DNA of 64,000 bases, taken from positions 46,296-110,295 of the forward strand of contig NMRA01000131.1 of NCBI GenBank assembly GCA_002633005.1. Reading direction: 5' to 3'. Shown here piece after piece: positions 1-11,335 of the stretch. Origin of the DNA: Phoronis australis. Its lineage: Eukaryota; Animalia; Phoronida. Within the stretch, counting starts at the first letter, position 1. Every line of letters starts with the position of its first letter. The notes under the pieces are model-generated. The model had not been told where the DNA came from. It saw only the letters and a program-made list of their open reading frames with translations, and made no database searches. The position numbers and the translations under genes were made by a program.

Positions 1-584
1 GAGGGGGATAACGACTGAGAACATGTAATAATCTATTTATACCACATACTGAACGAGAAACATTGCAATGAATAGATCTACCTTTCTCGACTCGCCTCGG
101 CTTTGTAACTACTTTCTATGTCAGAGACCCGGGGTCGGAGGTCGTGACCTTTTAAGAAAAGCCGAGATATTTTTGTAAAATAATGCTTTTACTCAAAACC
201 AATTGAAAAATAAAACAAAATAGAAATAAAGTGAATCTATAAATTAAGGTTTAGCAACTGTTATAGCTTACTACACATTTTTTCACGCTAAGCTTCGACC
301 GGGAATATATCGTCTGCTAAAGTAGGTTACCACTAGTAACTGACTATAATGCTCAAGTCAAAGGATCCCGACCACACGACACCTGCATTCTAATTGGAGA
401 TCGGTGGTTTACAAGTGAGAGAACACGAGAGAAAAATTTCACTGAATTAAAATATCGTTTTTATGGAAATTATGCGTCTCATTTTTCATAGCGTATAAAT
501 GTCGTTGCAATGCCCTTTGCTGAACATGCGATTGTTGCGCGTGCTCATTTAAGTATTCTATTTTCACGTTCGATGACGTCAGCC

Positions 585-653
585 GCTGAGTGGTGTAGTG
601 GTAAAGTCGGCGACTCGCAACTGTTGAGGCCCGGGTTCGAATCCGGCCTCGGT
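585..653 (+). pseudogene. Degenerate tRNA-like sequence (Ala-CGC-like), probably a SINE head
   Basis: A box TGGTGTAGTGG (591-601) and B box GGTTCGAATCC; acceptor-like pairing GCTGAG/CTCGGT; loop CTCGCAA. The anticodon and T stems pair poorly. Confidence 0.6.
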
Positions 654-987
654 TTCCCGCCAAAATGTTATCTCACCAGTGAGATAACTAAATGGGTTAT
701 TACACCATAAGACTATAGATAGGGACTGCCAACTCTCGTTAGAGCGCGTTGCGCATGTCGCGGGCCACGGGACATAAGCACTAACGATGAGAGGGCGCTG
801 CACACGCAGGATAGAAAACTTCCGGTTTTATGGAGCGGTCGTTCCCTCGTTTCAAGGTTTGGTAAAGTAATGAGTCGAATTGCTTGATTTTTTGGAGTGT
901 TTAAGACTTGTAAAAATAAAATGCGTATATTGTTCTCTGTCATGTCATTTAAAACATTCACAAGATAATTCAGACATGTTATGAGTT

Positions 988-1635
988 TGTAACGGGGGCG
1001 GTATCTACGACCAAGGCGCCCCGATTTTACGAGCCCGGTGCGGACTGAGGGTGATATTGAAAACTAAAAGTTGGTGAATAATACATAGGTTTATTGTAAG
1101 AATATATGACTACAATATTTCACTCTTACAAGCAATCCAGTTGTTCCATGACTTAGTATCGCAGCGTTGTGATTTATACAGTTCTGATACACGGGCAAGC
1201 CAGTCGCTGATTAATACTTGTGTGTGCAAGAACGGGGCAATTTGGTTATTCAGATCCGAAAGGTGAGATGCAATCAAGCTCGGGAGGAGCCCGAGAATTG
1301 CATGGGGCTAAACTATTGGCAACCAAGTTCGGGAGGAGCCCGAAAGCTGCTCAAACAGTTGCAATTTGGTGTGAGTGAAGGTGTAAATGTTTGCTTCTTG
1401 AACTCTGCGACTGATCGACTCCTCGTGTCTGACAGAGACAAAGCTTAAGTACACAATTTCAACCAATCAGACACGATCTGAAGGGCAAGGCCCATAGCTC
1501 CTAGCTTCTGACCATATTTGGCCATGTCCAAAGGACTCAACATCATAGGAAAATTCCATACGTAATACACAGCTTGACCACTAGAGGGCGCATACATCTT
1601 ACTTACATAATCATGTCCAGGGCACTCCTGTTACA
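988..1635 (-). mobile_element. Solo LTR (Gypsy-type)
   Basis: TGTAAC...GTTACA termini with a ~13-bp imperfect inverted repeat; 4-bp TSD AGTT (984-987, 1636-1639); AATAAA on the minus strand near 1090. Confidence 0.85.
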
Positions 1636-2039
1636 AGTTATTAACGCCAGAAACGTCTTCAGCTGATTTTCCCGTGTTTATCATGTACACTTACGCAGTC
1701 GCATCAGCTGATTTTTTGTTGCAATTAGTATTGATGTTTGTTTAAATTGAGTACCGTACAAATCAGCTCATAATCATGAGCACAAGTATTAACCAACAAA
1801 AATGAATTTATAACAATGTTTCACAATAAATATTTGTAATTCAAATACAGTTTGTTCCAGGGGGAAGGGCCAAGGTCTAACTGACATTGACATATCATTT
1901 GCAAAACTTGAGTGTCAAAAACTTGTGTGCCAAAAACTTGTGTGTCAAAAACTTGCTGTCACTACTATCATAGGCCAAAAGTACATTGTAAGGCAACTTC
2001 TAAACATAGCTACGATTATGCAAAATTGGTTCGATACAT

Positions 2040-2800
2040 GACACTTGTTGCTGTTAACAATCTTTATTCCATTCCGTTCGTATCGTCAGAACATTGGTAA
2101 AGAAACTGACCAAGAGACGACGAACTATATTTCAAAAATACTTGTTTCATCAAGTGGAAATAAAATGATCAGTAATACCACCACAAAGTAAAAGCTAATC
2201 AAATATGCAATGGTACACAGCAGGTGTGAAATACTACAAAGACTGACAAATGGAGGGGGTAACAAGAATGTCGCGCTAACGGATAAAAGATAGATACTGA
2301 GATACATACATGAAGCATTAGACATTTGGAAACTTTAACATGTAAAATTACAAGTCAAATCTATGCATATATATAAATAGTAAACACTATTTGAATTAAC
2401 TATTCAGTGATAGATAAGTATCTTGAGTAGCTTCAGGCAGTCGACGGTAGCAACCCCAGGTGGTCTGCATGTGTAATATTGATGAACTAACCTGATGATG
2501 CGGTGAGGGTGTATCTCCATACACAGAGAGCGGGATTCAGTGCAGCATGACCCTGTTTGCTGCTCATTCAAAATGGGCTTCGTGAATGTAATCGAAAAGG
2601 ACTCTCAATATTTTCAATAGCAGCACATCATGCTCTCCATGTCGACTGAGTTGACATATTCTCCAGTTTCTTGACAAGTGATACTTATGATTATGAAGGT
2701 GGGCATGCTCATTAAGACCTAATGTCTATTCCTCTCTTTCAGCTTCTGAACATCCTCTAAATGTTACAAATACATAGAGTAATATGGAACGAAGAGTTGT
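2040..2800 (+). repeat. Diverged copy of the segment at ~12425-12910
   Basis: Colinear shared blocks such as TTCCGTTCGTATC, AACTGACCAAGAGAC, CAAGTGGAAATAAAATGA, ACACAGCAGGTGTGAAATACT and GCTCATTCAAAA. Confidence 0.75.
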
Positions 2801-3637
2801 ATCTGGAACGTGATTTTGTGAAAGTGAACTTTTCCCCCAGGACTCTTCTATGGCTTTAAAAAAAACTGAGTTAATTTTCAATATCGCATTGAGCGTGAAT
2901 GTTTAATTGCCACAACAGAATCAGTGCCACTATTGAGTAGTGGAGATAACCAGCGATTGAATTGAAAACGTCAAAATTTGGAAGGACCAGTTGGCACTGT
3001 AATTCTCTTTAGGGTTTTGTGACCCCAACAGATATTCAATGTTCGAAAGGAAACTTGTATAGTATATTTTTTATAAATTAAGTTTTTGCACTTTATACAC
3101 AGTGAAGGGAATTCAGTTTTAAGTGTTATATTTTTGCCTGCAGAAGAAAAAAGTTATAACATGAAATGAAACCACCAACTGAAACAAAATACCACAAAAC
3201 TTGAAATAGAGAACATGAGAGGTGAAGATTCGGGTTATGAAAGGTTTTCTGTCAAACTTATTTTTAGTAGTTATCAGATAGCACAGAACACACAAAACAG
3301 ACATTTTTCATTTTTTTATTTTCCCAGTTCCAATGAGTAAGTAACAGGGGTCTGGGATTCCCCTGCCTTACTTTACAATTGGTAAGTGAAAAATGACAAC
3401 ACGAATATGCAATGGGATTTTTACAATAACAAACAGGAAAAAAAACATAACTTCATTACATAAAGTGTTGCATACATTTCTGAGAACGAATACAAAAACA
3501 CCCTTTGCATACTATGTTTTACAAAATAGAGCTGTCAGAGCAAAGCAAAATACAAATTTCATCAGAAACACTTCAATAGTCTAAAATGGTAGCTTTAGCC
3601 ATTTATATATTTGAAATATATTTTCGAGTTTTTTAAN

Positions 3638-4075
3638 CAGCCAATTCAAAATTTAATCTTGTGTCTCAGCAAGTTCCATTTATATAAGCAACGTCTCAAG
3701 GGTAAACCTCCAAATTTAATTGTATTAACAAAAGAAATTAACAGTTATTACTCCAGTGAAAAACATATTTATTCAAAAAATTTACAAATGGAAAAATTTA
3801 CAAACAGGTGGTCACAAATGCATAATTTGATAGCAATGTAAGGATATTTTATCATTCCAAAATACTCTCCCCCCTCCTTTTTTTTTCAGAGCCATATACT
3901 ACTATATTGTCTTGTATGTTTTTGTTTTCTTTTGTTAAATCTATTTCAAAATCCGGTTCACGTATATTTTTAACTTAGTAAACTTTATTTTCATTGAATT
4001 GTAAAGTAAGGCAAGGGAATCCCAGACCTTTGTCCTTACTTATGTTGAACTGGGAGAATAAAAAAAAAAAAAAAA
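3638..4075 (+). mobile_element. 3' end of an L1/Tx1-like LINE (ORF2 C-terminus, 3' UTR, poly-A)
   Basis: NLILCLSKFHLYKQR...MEKFTNRW resembles the L1/Tx1 ORF2 C-terminus. It ends in AATAAA plus poly-A at ~4058-4075, and an inverted copy of the tail lies at ~3312-3380. Confidence 0.6.
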
Positions 4076-5043
4076 TATATTTGGGAATCCATAGCTTACT
4101 TTGTTGCTAAAACAAGATAGAGTCCTTTACATGTAGGTTAACAACATATCGTCACCAAACCACTTTTAAAATGACAAATACTTCAAGAATTACCATGGTT
4201 CGGTGAAAATATTTTTTTTGTTCCAAAATATTTCAAAACAATTCTAAAAAAGAAATTGGTGTAACAAATGATTTCAAAAATAGCAAAAACCAGAAACCTA
4301 GTTTTTTCAGAGTATTTCGTCATTTATTCAAAAATCTTTGAGGTTAACGAATTATTCTTTTTTCCCCAAGTGAGATCAATGTTTTCACAATCTCAAGTTA
4401 CGCACCATATGATAAAAATGGTCATGTGCATTTTTAATTAAACAAAATTAAATTGGACAATAAAATTTCAATGAAATTTAAATCAATTTTATTCCTGTCA
4501 AATAATATGAGAATTGAGAGGCGTTGTGTTAGTGACCATCCAAAAAGAGCATACTCGTATTCTAAACGGTTTTGATGTACTGCAGCCTTGAATAAACAAT
4601 TATTTTAATGCAAAATATAATTTTTTAAAAATGAAACTGATCACAGCACCACAAGGTAGAAAACATGTAACAAAATTATTTTTGAAGGAAATAGACTGAA
4701 TCTATCCCCAAAACTGAAGTTAAATTGAATTTTAAAAATATTCTGTACTGTTATAATGAAAATATTTCACCAGTTTGGGTCGTTTTATGTAATTTAGAGA
4801 AGTTTTGACTGATTCTGTTTAATCCATTTGACCAATCAAATTTGAGTTCATTTTTAACCCTGTAAAGGTCTGCATGGTTCTTGAAAATGACTGAATTTAC
4901 CTTTTTTGGAAGAGTACACTTGCAGGATTTTTCCAGGTTAGAAATTGAAAAGGCATTAAATTAAAAAAACTACATTTTCCCATACTTTTATAAAAAACAA
5001 ATAAAAGTGTACACTTAAGGCAGATGTTTTAGCAGTTTGACAT

Positions 5044-5203
5044 CAATAGCGGATTTAGAGGGGGGCCAAGAGGGCTACACCCCCCTAGAATTCCCCCAGA
5101 TTCCACGATTTGGCAGATCGGGAGTGCCAATGTCTGAATGACAAAATCCTGGCTAATACTCCGCTCTGGTCCCCCTAATACAAAAATCCTGGATCCGCCC
5201 CTG
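5044..5203. mobile_element. MITE, hAT5-like
   Basis: TIR CAATAGCGGATTTAG / CTGGATCCGCCCCTG; 5-bp flanks GACAT/GATAT (1 mismatch). Confidence 0.55.
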
Positions 5204-8041
5204 GATATACATATCATTAAAATCAGTTCAGTAACGGCCATTTAGCAAACTGAAAATTTATTCATTTATCCCCTTCTCAAGTGCTGCAGTACTTCGATTT
5301 TTAAAAATATTCATGAATGCCCCCATTTGTTGAAACAAATATCAATATAAAGAAGAAAGTTTAAATATTTCGATGGCATACTTTTCATTTTCCACCACTT
5401 TTCATCATGCTAATGTATATGAGCTTCTGAAAATCATGAAAAATGGCAAAATTTCGCTCTTGCTGAATTTTGGATCATATTGGTAAACCATGGCTGCATT
5501 GTAAACATAGTGACGAATGAGAAACTGCATTGAGGTCGATCCAAAATTCATACAAAATCACAAAATTCAAAGTAAATTTCATCGAAATGACTGAGAATTC
5601 AACTGGTGAAAAGAATTATCCATTTAGCTCAACCTTTTCTTTGGGTCTCAAACTCCTCGATTCGTGTGTTGAACTGTGCCAGCAAGCGGGCCGATCAACA
5701 ACTTGTGAAGTTAATTCCGACACGTTTCGTACCAATAATCCGACTTGAATGGCTCGCATACGAGATTTAGTTTGCATTAAACACAACAAATTAATTTCAA
5801 ACTCAAAAATTTGCTTGACGTGCGTGAAATAAAAACCAAAGTTCACCTTCGTTACTATGCTTAGCCATGAGACCGGAAGTTTTGAATCCTGCTCACGTAC
5901 TTTTGCGTTAGGCCGCGAGACTTCACGGAGTCGCGAATCTCTTTACTAATATCTATGATTACACGGTTGTATCTGCCATGCGAGGCTAATATTGTGGTAT
6001 AATGTTACTTATCCCCATAGTATCGGAAGAATAGCAGTTACTTTGAAGATCGTTTCTGGAAGTTTGCACATGTCGAACAGATTGTCGGGGCTACGATTTG
6101 TGATGACCGTGTACATGTCGAATGGGAGTACTCAAATTACTCGCTTTCATAAACAAAGATTGCAGCGTTTTTTGGAGTTTGTTTAACTCGTGAACCGTTA
6201 TAGGTACCTCTGAAATAAGTAAAAATACACCTTTCTACGAATGGTCCATCTCCCATGTTTTCCCGGTTACCTGTAAAAATCTGCAAGCATGCCTGCGGAA
6301 ATTGCTTATAACATTCCGTTTTGATAAACAAATTCTTTGGTTTCTGCATCTACGAAAATCACCCGATTCATAGAATTTTTTGGTAATTAAAATCTAATCT
6401 TGTAAGAATTTATGATGTTTCAGTGAATTCAGTTGCAGCCTGAAGTTGGAAAAACTCTATAATCCAATCCACAAATAGTAAAGTACACTTAGACGATTTT
6501 TGCCTACATCTAAAATAACTCTCGAAGATATTGATGAAATTCGGACAACATGATTAGGAGATGACGTACTTGTCGGAAATAAAATTGGTTGGTTTTAAAG
6601 GTGTCGCTAGTGAAATAAAGACGTCACGGCTTATGCGTAAGACCACATTTCCTCCATTGAAAGTATGATGAGTTGGCGGTCCATGTATCGTCAGTATACC
6701 TATCGTCGTCAAGCTGCAATGGTCGTCCGCCATCTTCTTTCGCGTGCAGCGTGCTGGTTTGCTCGTTAGGAACTAACATGATGAAAATCGATGCATTTAC
6801 CGACTGTTTTTTGAAACCACTTGTACATTTTACTAATGCGCTTTTTTGTTCATTTTCAGAAGATATTTTCGAAATTAAATTTTCTTCAGACGGAACAAAA
6901 AACAACCCAGGGATTGTTTATGTAATGAATCTATTTATCCAGGCACTAATCGATACCAAAGGAAAAACGCAGCAGACAAAAGCAACACGCTGGGTGCTTC
7001 ACAGTTTCGGCCCAAGCATTGGTCATCAAAATAATGTCCACTTGTTTTTTATTGCAAAACACAGTGCTGAGCTCAACATTTATGTTGAAATTTTTGGTTC
7101 AGGCATTTTCGATTTATTTGAAGAAAATTAAAATACTTGAATTGATAGAGAATGGCCACCAATAAAGTAAAACATTGACTTTATTTCATCATATTGCAAT
7201 GTTACATACAACACAGCATGACATAATTAAAAATAAGAGATTGAGCAATAAAGCGCAAATGCAACTTGGGTATTTATGTATTTATTTGTGATTACAGAAG
7301 TTTGTTGAAGGTGAGAAAAAAATCAAACAATATGATATTGGGTAATTTTTTAGAACACTGTATCGAGGTTCAATGGTCAACTTCCTCCAACCAAGTCTCA
7401 AAGGGTTACAGTTCTGTTTTGGCTGGCAAGGTGTTAACAGAGAATGATGAAAAACTGAAAAGAAAAAGAAAGACAAGAGAGATAAATAGTGTTAAGAAAA
7501 ACAAGAGCAAAAAGTCAAATAAAGAGGTCACAAACAGAAAATAAGTAAGGTCTATCTGAACTAAAACAATCTTGATTTATTTTCCAGAACTGAAATTCTG
7601 ATCCTATTTTAATTGATTTAAAAATCGATATTATACCAGTAAAACAGTCTGTGGTTGAATTAAAATTCTTGTAATCCACTTTCCACTATTTTCTTGGCCT
7701 TTTTCTGCGTGGTTTTCTGTTCTTACAAAAGGCGGCAGCATATGACGACCATAGGGCCCTCTTGGAAAGCAGTGCTATCACTGAAGAGGCCACCCTCATA
7801 TTAAATATCACAATAATAAATAAATAAATAGAAGTCATTATAAAAAGGCTGCCGAAAAGCAATGTACAGTTGAAACAATTAAGCATGAATTATAGAAAAC
7901 TTTTGAATCAACAATTACTATATATTTGTGAGAGTTAAATCAAATCCTATTCGGAGCATAACTTTGAAGTGGAATAATTCGGTGAGTACAACAACAAACT
8001 AGTTTTATGCTTGTAGGCGGACGACCATTGGTTTCCCGAGT

Positions 8042-10448
8042 TAGCCTTGGTACAAAGCTGTATACTAAACATACAGCTTTGCACCGATGTGGGTAAAAAA
8101 GTGGTAAGATTAAAATCTGACGCAAAATTAGTTTCATTAAAAACTACAGTCTTTTTTGAGTTAACTATTTAACGGTGTTGGAAAAAATGGCGTTCTACCG
8201 TTATTCTGCTGCTAAAGTTGTGGAGGGATCTTTAGCGACGGCTTTCGGCAACATGAAATATTGCGTCTGGCCAGTTTCTTTTTTCGCCGATTCTTCAATC
8301 AACTGTTGTTCTTTCACGAGGTTGCGTACACGTCACAACAAATTATTGGAACTGGTTTCACTTAATTATAAGTTTTTAGAATTTTGATATCGAAGAACCG
8401 AATTTCAGAAGAAATTTTGCTGCTGCCAAGCTATATCATCATCTCCCGAGAGATGTCGCAAAAATTAAGGAAATGGCGCGTGTGCGTGACACGAGCGTAC
8501 CGGTACTGTTTTCAAAACGACGACATACTTTTCATTGTTAGAAAAGCAGGAGAGTTACGCAAGAAAATGACGTTTATTGCATTGTTTTTCACTTAAACGG
8601 CTGTAACGGGCAAGTTGAGTGACGTTTGATTTCCAGATTTTGCATATACCCTGTTCGGTCTTTAGCTCTACTTGATACAAGCCACGGTGAGGTGACGAGC
8701 AGAACTACCGTGATTGTGTGCAATTTCGGGGTCTACGGAAAAAATACACACAGTGGTACCTAGCTGTATTTTGACGACACTCATCTTACAGCTAGCTGGC
8801 TGGCTATTCCCGAGTGTACACTAGTCTGTGGTACCAGCGTGTGTTGAGCTCCCGGCAGACATCGAGTTGCACACAGCCCAATTAGTTTCGCTAGTCGTTA
8901 CCTAGGCAATGACCATCGCCTCTGTTGGCTTGAACCAGAGGCGATGCAGCTCCTATAGGCGCTCCATACGCCGGAAGCTTTTCGGCGAATTATGCCTCGC
9001 ACTGGCTAAAGCATGAAAGTCACGTTGTTATAAATAGCCTACCTTTTGCGTATAGAGGGACACCTTAGGAGGTTGGCGGTGTGTTTAATTCCTTCCAACT
9101 CGAACAAATACTTCCGTTATCGAACTTTTTGTTCGAGCACTCACTCGTTCAGTTCCCAAAATCGTGAACTCACCATTTTTATACTGCGCACGCTCCAATT
9201 TTTACCGCGCTCGCTAGGTGATGTGACTTCATGACCTCAATCTTTAAATAGGCCAAAGGTGGGCCATTGCGGTTTTGTCAGTCAAATGTTCGTTTCCAAA
9301 ATGCCACCACTTATACTTGTCTTTAATTGGCGTTACTTGAAACTGATTGTATTTCAATGAATTATTGTTTGTATTTGATAAAAATAAATGCTATTGATAT
9401 GACATTTAATAGTCTTTATGCACATATTTGACATTTTAATGTTTAACAACACGGCAAATGCACGGCTGGTTCCCGATAGCACGTACGCAAAGGGCGGGAA
9501 CTTCAGCTTTCAAAGTTCGCCGGTAGGACCGCAACTTCTGACCTTCGGCCTGGTTAAAAGAATATCTTGGCGTGCGCCGAGTGAAAATGTTGAGTTCACG
9601 ATTTTGGGAACTGAAATAGGGACTGCTCGAAGGAAAAGTTTGATAACGGGAGTATTTGTTCGAGTTGGAAGGAATTAAACACATCGACAACCTCCTAAGA
9701 TGTTCCTCTATGCGCAAAAGGTATTTATAACAACGTGAATTTGATGGTTTAGTCGGTGCGAGGCATAATTCGCCGAAAAGCTTCCGGCGTATGGAGCGCC
9801 TATAGGAGCTGCATCGCCTCTGGTTCGGGCCAACAGAGGCGATGGTCATTGCTTAGACGTTACCTTGCCGTGAAACTTGTAGACTAAAAACTGGCGGGGT
9901 GCATGCAAAATCTGGCAGTCAATCAACACTCACCTTGCTTGTTATTTATATCCGTTTAGGTGGAAAATAATCTAATAAACGTCATTCTCTTGCGTAATCC
10001 TCAGCCTTTTGTAACATTTGAAAACGCTTGTGACATGCCCACATGTCGCTTCCTAATTTTTTGCGACAACGGCTTCGCAGCAGCAAAATTTGCTCTAAAA
10101 TTCGGTTTGCTGGTATCAAAATTCCAAAAACTTATAATGAAGTGAAACCACTTCAGGTAATTTCTTGTAACGTGTACGCAACCTCGTGAAAGAACAACAC
10201 AGAATCGGCATAAAAATAAAACTGGCCAATAGGTGGCGCAAAAGCCGACACAAAACATCGCACCATAATTTTAGCAGCAGAATAATGGTACAACGCCCAT
10301 TTTTCCAACACGGGTAAACAATTTAGTTTACTCAAGGAAGAGTGTAATTTTTAATGACAGCAATTTTGTGTCAGATTTCATATGGTCAATTTTTTACCCA
10401 TATCGGTGCAAAGCTGAAAATTTAGTATACAGCTTTGCGCCATGGCTA
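8042..10448. mobile_element. Foldback (probably Mutator-like) non-autonomous element with ~550-600-bp TIRs
   Basis: 8042-8650 is the diverged reverse complement of ~9900-10448. Ends are TAGCC(T/A)TGG..CAAAGCTG with a terminal hairpin CAAAGCTG...CAGCTTTG. No clear TSD. Confidence 0.75.
8903..9855. mobile_element. Nested Mutator-like foldback element with ~300-bp TIRs
   Basis: 9-bp TSD GTCGTTACC (8894-8902) / GACGTTACC (9856-9864). Both ends carry the hairpin CATCGCCTCTG-N11-CAGAGGCGATG. Removing it restores a sequence colinear with 18415-18510 and 24345-24420. Confidence 0.8.
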
Positions 10449-11090
10449 CTTCCAATCAGCAAGGTGATCACTCTCGGCCCAGAAGTGCATTTTGGCATTT
10501 GCTTCTCGGATCTAGTTCCCTCCAGCAGATTTCCTTTCCCCATGGTACGTTCCTCATTCTTTGCAGTAAATTAGTCTACAGCCTGGTTATTCGTGCAGTG
10601 AACGTTTGGATGCCGAAAAACTAATTATGAGGAGATCTGCTGGGTGGAGCTCGCAATGACTGTTATCCCACAAACCTAGAGTGACGGTTCTCGCTCATCC
10701 CAGATTCCGGAGAGGAAAAGTCCTTGAGGACGTGGCCATGAAACCGAGGTTGTATCACCAAAGCTGACGAACGAGCACGGATGGCAGATAAGTGGCGGAG
10801 AAATAACAAGATTTGTGAAAAGAACTACCACAACCTTATCTACAGCTATCATACATTTAACCGTTTTTTACCCATATTTCAAAGACTTCTTTCTGCATTG
10901 CAGGTATAAACCAAAACTTTTTAGTCGAGATCAATGCACTCTCTGGTACATACGCTGTAAAGTGGGTTGGTCTATTTTCTCGTTTCCTGAAACTAAACTT
11001 TACTAATCATTTTCTTCTTTTCTGTAGACTCGAAAACTTCAGGGTGAATGGGGGAATGCATGTAGCTGTAATATTGAAAGGACTCGACTA

Positions 11091-11335
11091 CAGCACACAT
11101 CACGAATTTTTGGCCGACCGGGCGGAAATTGGTCGACGGCCGGCCGTCGACCGGTCGTCTAGCCGACCAGCAGCCGACCAACAATGGTCGGCTAGGAGCC
11201 GTCTACTGAGTCGCCTCTGTGGTCGGCNCCGGTCGGCTAATTTTTAGCCGACCGGTCGGCAAATTAGCCGACCGGTCGACGGCTAGTCGTCGACCAATTT
11301 CCGACCGGGCGGCCAAAAATTCGTGATGTGTGCTG
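11091..11335. mobile_element. GC-rich palindromic MITE with TA TSD (Tc1/mariner-type target)
   Basis: TIR CAGCACACATCACGAATTTTTGGCCG..., flanked by TA on both sides; internal CCGACCGGTCGG repeats; N at 11228. Confidence 0.85.

Larger units (their letters stand above)
706..5957. mobile_element. Non-autonomous P/Galileo-like DNA transposon with nested insertions
   Basis: Exact 7-bp direct repeat ATTACAC at 699-705 and 5958-5964. Termini are CATAAGAC.../...TCTATG. Inverted subterminal block GCAGGAT..AAAACTTCCGGT at ~806-826 and ~5871-5892. No transposase ORF. Confidence 0.65.

Noticed and set aside
585-653. Functional tRNA-Ala(CGC) gene
   Set aside because: The anticodon stem is mostly G-T or mismatched, the T stem is bulged, and there is no clear T4+ terminator.
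8175-10624. Similar short ORFs here and at 18662-19259 and 24493-24881 as a peptide gene family
   Set aside because: They derive from non-coding repeat copies, and frames and stops are not conserved.
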